A DNA stretch of 57,194 bases from a virus (Duplodnaviria > Caudoviricetes), in IMG/VR virus record IMGVR_UViG_3300011116_000623, positions 1 through 57,194 of that record. The stretch is one strand, 5' to 3'. The translations under genes were made by a program, and so were the position numbers. The notes beneath the pieces were generated by a model. It saw only the letters and a list, made by a program, of their open reading frames with translations, did no database searches and was not told the origin of the DNA. Each line of letters starts with the position of its first letter. Within the stretch, counting starts at the first letter, position 1. Below, one piece after another: positions 57,001 to 57,194 of this stretch.

Positions 57001-57194
57001 GTAGTAAATTTAGCACAACTTCAAAGAATGCTTCCTAGTTTTAGAGGAGCTCTGCCTTCCTATAAAATAAAGCCAACATCTGGAGTTTATATTGGAGATG
57101 TTGTGGATCCAAATATTGTTAATAAATATGGAAATAAAAAACAAATAGAGCAAGGAAAAATAAGTAGAGTTAGTATTAATAATTCAATGATACA
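54025..57194 (+). CDS. tape measure protein (runs off the window end; not in ORF track)
   Basis: ATG 54025 behind AAGGAG. Hand-read parts give TP901-like helical core (L.KVYGG, INFLNAVENQT, EGANALKS) and later FASGG-type motifs. Confidence 0.85.
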   Translation, partial: MADENIVTNIVAKSDFSNLISDLNKVSFSLTKLQDQLVATNKTLAAQVSVMNRSFADTLRSTGQYSTHFVSLTSDVDKFGSQLDKGQLKLSKFFQVYSQHAKTSGGIIRDLARQQVQLQQAILQPLGKNAEGLMQYNVHIPRGLDLVKHKTAIAKQELMIMNKVVQEGANQLINWGKNTQWAGRQLTVGLTVPLAAFGKASADAFRQADEQLVRLTKVYGGVAQTSAKELGKVREDVSKTAADLAKSYGSAFKDTLALAADIAATGKQGNDLLGAIKETTRLSVLGEVDRQDAMKATLAIQTAFKQNTEELSDSINFLNAVENQTSTTLNDLVEAIPKAGPIIKGLGGSVQDLALYLTAMREGGINATEGANALKSALASLINPTNVAVAKFQTFGIDLLGIVNSNAGNVTGTLLELQSALDKLDPLQKQQAIEQLFGKFQFSRLNALFENLGRQGSQTLQVLDLMKTSSKDLGALADRELAQVTESASGKYRRAVEGLKADLAGIGDQFLRINTSLINFVDGIIKFVQKLPDPIKQALGFMGMLTAAAGPLIMLTGVLGNFFGYIIKGAYHFKSLFKGGEGWKLLTPEILAAQKAGNLVEQTFYSDAKAAAVLKQAIAGLTAEFTLLQQRAASAAMTVNPGISTVAGSNILAGRVVNPMSPYVGKEGTRAAGHHIPRSTMTEQQRLAQTIHSFTPVPIPLNQKIGVAPQIFTEGDLPRIPGLTTSGGVSTGIVAGEAAKWHSLMGTLSMMTKREISDLKKEIARTGTFSTEINSTFGQLLPAMTKLTSNAAAESALIVQQLQAGKITVESARAKIIAINAQLEAMMAQTTTQVATSLGRTADLTQVPLISQPIVSPTGKANIKEIFRPNRPSAKIIDKIARALGVRTWGGGYSTETTMPKRFASGGRVFGGPRSDTTDTQFQYLPEGAFVLNRKASDALLGFNRGGMVPAMVTPGEILIENPTQQETAMLEAYNNQFAVGGKVVGSKNNYGVVNLAQLQRMLPSFRGALPSYKIKPTSGVYIGDVVDPNIVNKYGNKKQIEQGKISRVSINNSMI

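Overview
This window is part of a large, AT-rich tailed dsDNA phage genome (siphovirus-like). The host is most likely an actinobacterium, inferred from an Lsr2-like ORF, leaderless genes and actinobacterial regulator motifs. (1) About 1-11.6 kb is a leftward block of short 'early' ORFs (DUF932/TIGR03299-like, YubB/DUF1281-like, Gp88-like, Lsr2-like). It is driven by 11 promoters with the exact geometry TGTC(A/G)N-N10-TANNNT, the actinobacterial PafBC (RecA-independent) DNA-damage promoter. Its spacers also hold CRP-like palindromes, DnaA boxes, GACAC boxes, two SOS-like boxes and an unnamed TTC..GG/CGTAA element. (2) 11.7-17.9 kb holds tRNA-Asn, two candidate structured RNAs, an HNH nuclease, an SLT transglycosylase, a glycosyltransferase, class II RNR (nrdJ) and a holin-like gene. 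(3) 18-44 kb is a fibre/receptor-binding cluster. Four giant genes there share about 42 near-canonical copies of a 'KGAASQTANLQEWQNSAG' repeat separating non-repeated cassettes; the genes share near-identical DNA blocks, and one is split by an in-frame TAG. (4) 44.5-57.2 kb holds portal, prohead protease/scaffold, HK97-type capsid, a free-standing HNH gene, neck and tail genes, tail chaperones with a -1 slippery site, and a truncated tape measure gene. No terminase, integrase, reverse transcriptase or CRISPR array was recognised. All family calls come from motif recognition by eye, not from database searches.
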